The notes under the pieces were generated by a model, which made no database searches, was not told the origin of the DNA, and worked only from the letters and a program-made list of their open reading frames with translations. A program made the translations under genes and the position numbers. From Clostridia bacterium (lineage in GTDB: Bacteria > Bacillota > Clostridia > Christensenellales > CAG-1252), in the NCBI GenBank assembly GCA_017455605.1, contig JAFSZO010000042.1, forward strand, positions 1 through 46,629: 46,629 nt of DNA. Reading direction: 5' to 3'. Each line of letters opens with the position of its first letter. The stretch's first letter is position 1. Of the stretch, positions 44,477 to 46,629 are shown one piece after another.

Positions 44477-44503
44477 ATAAAAAATCTCGGAAAAATCCGA
44501 GAT
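44477..44503 (-). terminator. Rho-independent terminator after tRNA-Arg
   Basis: On the - strand: AUCUCGG AUUUUU CCGAGAU followed by UUUUUAU, starting 4 nt after the encoded CCA. Confidence 0.8.
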
Positions 44504-44507
44504 TTTT

Positions 44508-44584
44508 TGGCGCACATGATTGGATTCGAACCAACGACACCCGGCGTCGGAGGCCGGTGCTCTATCCAGCTGAGCTACATGTGC
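44508..44584 (-). tRNA. tRNA-Arg (anticodon CCG), CCA encoded
   Basis: GCACATG-TA-GCTC-AGCTGGATA-GAGC-A-CCGGC-CUCCGAC-GCCGG-GTGTC-GTTGG-TTCGAAT-CCAAT-CATGTGC-G-CCA. The cloverleaf folds by hand, and the anticodon loop gives CCG. Confidence 0.92.
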
Positions 44585-44597
44585 AAACGATAACAGT

Positions 44598-44626
44598 ATT
44601 GTATAGTTTTTTCCTCGCTCCGTCAA
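44598..44626 (-). promoter_or_regulatory. SigA-type promoter of tRNA-Arg
   Basis: On the - strand: TTGACG (44626-44621), 17 nt, TACAAT (44603-44598). The predicted start is ~7 nt before the mature 5' end. Confidence 0.6.
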
Positions 44627-44701
44627 GTTTATCCGCGTAAGTTCTCTCGGAGGGGGCGAGGCGGTCCGTCGCACCATCGGGGGCGGGCGGAAGTGCGCCG
44701 A

Positions 44702-46534
44702 TCAGACAGACTCGAAGAGGAGGTAGTCCAGCGCCTTGACCGTCGTGAGGTCGCCCTTCCTAAGGATCTCGCCCGTGCGGACGTTGCGCGCGGAGCGGGA
44801 GCGACGGAACGCCGCCACCCGATCCTCAAAGGTCGGATTCACGACGACGAAGAGGTGCTTGCCGTCGAAGAAACGGTGCAGGATGAGCAGTTCGCCCTGT
44901 TCCCTGACGTCCATACCGCCCGTCAGCACGCCCGAATACTTCTTGCGCAGGTCGCCGAGGAAGCGGTAATGCGCCAGCAGTTCCTCGTCCTCCCTCCCCC
45001 ACGGGAAGGGGGCGCGGTTCATCGGGTCCTCGTAGCCCTGCAAGCCGACCTCGTCGCCGTAATAGATCGAGGGGACCCCGGGGAGGGTGAATTGCAACAG
45101 GGACGCGATCTTGACCCTCTTTTTCGCGAGGACGAGCGCGTCGCCCGTGAGACGCATTTCGAGGCGCTGCTCCTTGGTGGTGTGGCGCACGTCCAGCCCC
45201 GACAGCGCGTTCAGCACGCGGACGGTGTCGTGCGAATCCACAAGGGTCATCGAGGAGTTCAGTACGTCAATCGGATAATTCTCATAGAGGCGCATCACCT
45301 TGGACGCGAAGGCTTTGGGCCCGCCGTACAGGACGAAGGAAAGGATCGCCTCCTTGTACACGTAATTCATCACGCCGTCCAGTTCCCCTTTCGTGAGGTA
45401 GGGGCGCAGGGTGCCGTAGCTGACCTTCACGCTGGCGTCCTCCCATACCTCGCCGATGACGGCGACGTTCTCATTCTGCCGCTTGATCGCAGCGCGCAGT
45501 TCGTCCACGAAATCGGTCGGCAGTTCGTCCACGACGTCGAGGCGCCAGCCGTCGATGCCGAAGCCCGTCCACTTCTCGATCACGCCGCCCTTGCCGAAGA
45601 GGAGTTCGCGGTAGCCTGCCGCGCCCTTGTTGAGGGTGGGCACGACGCGGCACCCCCACCAGCAGTCGTATTCGTCGGGGAAACGATCGAAAAAGTACCA
45701 ATCCTTGTAGGGAGAATCAAGGGACTGCGCCGCCCCGACGGACGGGTAATGCCCGAGCTGATTGAAGTAAATGCTGTCCGACCCCGAATGGTTGAAAACG
45801 CCGTCGAGGATCAGCCCGATCCCCCGCTTTCGCGCCTCGCGAATCAGCTCCGCAAACTCCTCCTCCGTCCCGAGGACGGGGTCGAGGTGCAAATAGTCGC
45901 CCGTGTCGTAGCGGTGGTTGCTGCTCGCCTCGAAGATCGGGGACAGATAGATCTCGGTCACGCCGAGCGAAGCGATGTAATCCAGCTTTTCGGTGATCCC
46001 CTTGAAATTGCCGCCGTAAAAATCGTTCGCGCGGTAGCTGCCGTCGGGCTCCTTGATCGTGACGGGCTCGTCCCACTCTTTCAGATAGCCGTAACGAGGC
46101 GGGATCTTCTCGCCTGCGTGAGCGAAGCGGTCCGCAAAGATGTGATAGATCACGCCGCCGCGGATCGTCGAAGGGACCTTGAAATCCCGCGCGTAGACGG
46201 TGATCTGCCATTCGGGCAGGTCGTCGCCGATCATCGCGTCGCCATCCTCTCCCGCGCCGATCCGATCCACGCCGCCGCCCACCATCGTCACGACGAAGCG
46301 GTAATAATAGACGCCCCAGTCCTCGAGCGCGAACTCGCAGGAAAAATAGGTGACCGCGCCGTCGTCTCCGCAAAAGGAAAGGGGACGCTCCGTGACGTCC
46401 TCTCCCTTTCGGATGATGATCCGGACGCTCTCCACCCACACCGAACGGGTGACGGGAAAGACGATCTTGACCTTCTCCCCCGCTCGGACTGCGCCGAACG
46501 GGGTCTTGTGTACGCGAGAATTATACTTATACAA
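44702..46534 (-). CDS. GH13 alpha-amylase-family glycosidase (neopullulanase/cyclomaltodextrinase-like) with an N-terminal beta-sandwich domain
   Basis: GH13 regions I DGVFNHSG, II GWRLDVVDE, III IGEVWED, IV LVDSHDT. TTG 46534 lies 8 nt after AAGGGG. Confidence 0.88.
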   Translation of the reverse strand: MYKYNSRVHKTPFGAVRAGEKVKIVFPVTRSVWVESVRIIIRKGEDVTERPLSFCGDDGAVTYFSCEFALEDWGVYYYRFVVTMVGGGVDRIGAGEDGDAMIGDDLPEWQITVYARDFKVPSTIRGGVIYHIFADRFAHAGEKIPPRYGYLKEWDEPVTIKEPDGSYRANDFYGGNFKGITEKLDYIASLGVTEIYLSPIFEASSNHRYDTGDYLHLDPVLGTEEEFAELIREARKRGIGLILDGVFNHSGSDSIYFNQLGHYPSVGAAQSLDSPYKDWYFFDRFPDEYDCWWGCRVVPTLNKGAAGYRELLFGKGGVIEKWTGFGIDGWRLDVVDELPTDFVDELRAAIKRQNENVAVIGEVWEDASVKVSYGTLRPYLTKGELDGVMNYVYKEAILSFVLYGGPKAFASKVMRLYENYPIDVLNSSMTLVDSHDTVRVLNALSGLDVRHTTKEQRLEMRLTGDALVLAKKRVKIASLLQFTLPGVPSIYYGDEVGLQGYEDPMNRAPFPWGREDEELLAHYRFLGDLRKKYSGVLTGGMDVREQGELLILHRFFDGKHLFVVVNPTFEDRVAAFRRSRSARNVRTGEILRKGDLTTVKALDYLLFESV

Positions 46535-46545
46535 TTCGTTGCCCC

Positions 46546-46629
46546 TTACTCCACGGGTCTCAGATGCCAGATCCTGTCACCGTACTCCTTGACCGCACGA
46601 TCCGCGGCGAAGAAGCCGGACTGCGCGAC
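46546..46629 (-). CDS. glgP: 3' end of alpha-glucan (glycogen/maltodextrin) phosphorylase, partial at the window edge
   Basis: ..VAQSGFFAADRAVKEYGDRIWHLRPVE* matches the conserved phosphorylase C-terminus (F.SDRTI.EY...IW). Confidence 0.6.
   Translation of the reverse strand, partial: VAQSGFFAADRAVKEYGDRIWHLRPVE

Overview
GC-rich chromosomal segment. By inference it comes from an anaerobic Firmicutes/Clostridia-type genome: AGGAGG-type Shine-Dalgarno sites, frequent GTG/TTG starts, type III glutamine synthetase, split MetH, clostridial 2x[4Fe-4S] ferredoxin. About 40 real CDS are supported, and most long ORFs on the opposite strand are GC-driven shadow ORFs. Core genes: hpt plus a second PRT, glnN(GSIII)-asnA-nadE, trmL, fdx, tilS, cca, rmuC, a histidine kinase/OmpR-type regulator pair, PHP hydrolase, tmk, metF plus split metH, gltX, cvpA, tRNA-Arg(CCG), a GH13 enzyme and the 3' end of glgP. 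Accessory or unusual content: (1) A tightly coupled four-gene operon at 29417-33921 (-). It encodes a mini-ORF, a Sel1-like protein with a P-loop-less AAA+-like half, a soluble VirD4/TraG-type coupling ATPase, and a double winged-helix (FtsK-gamma-like) protein with a long poly-acidic tail. No T4SS, relaxase, integrase or phage genes are nearby. This is my best candidate for an undescribed system. (2) Nearly every long intergenic gap is filled with two repeat classes. One is a ~120-nt two-tier hairpin element (R1: five full copies plus one truncated) that abuts gene ends and occurs as inverted pairs bracketing AT-richer DNA. The other is 'linker-hairpin arrays', in which 7-10-nt conserved words alternate with short variable hairpins that show compensatory changes between copies. 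(3) A ~300-400-bp inverted repeat pair capped by (AATTAGG)n brackets fdx-tilS-cca-rmuC. (4) Two tandem signal-peptide-less BspA-type LRR genes lie next to a collapsed third paralog. (5) Three AT-richer mini-islands carry XRE-type regulators. One sits between gltX and a decayed gltX 3' relic, and one lies next to tRNA-Arg. No CRISPR array, transposase, integrase or rRNA was seen.
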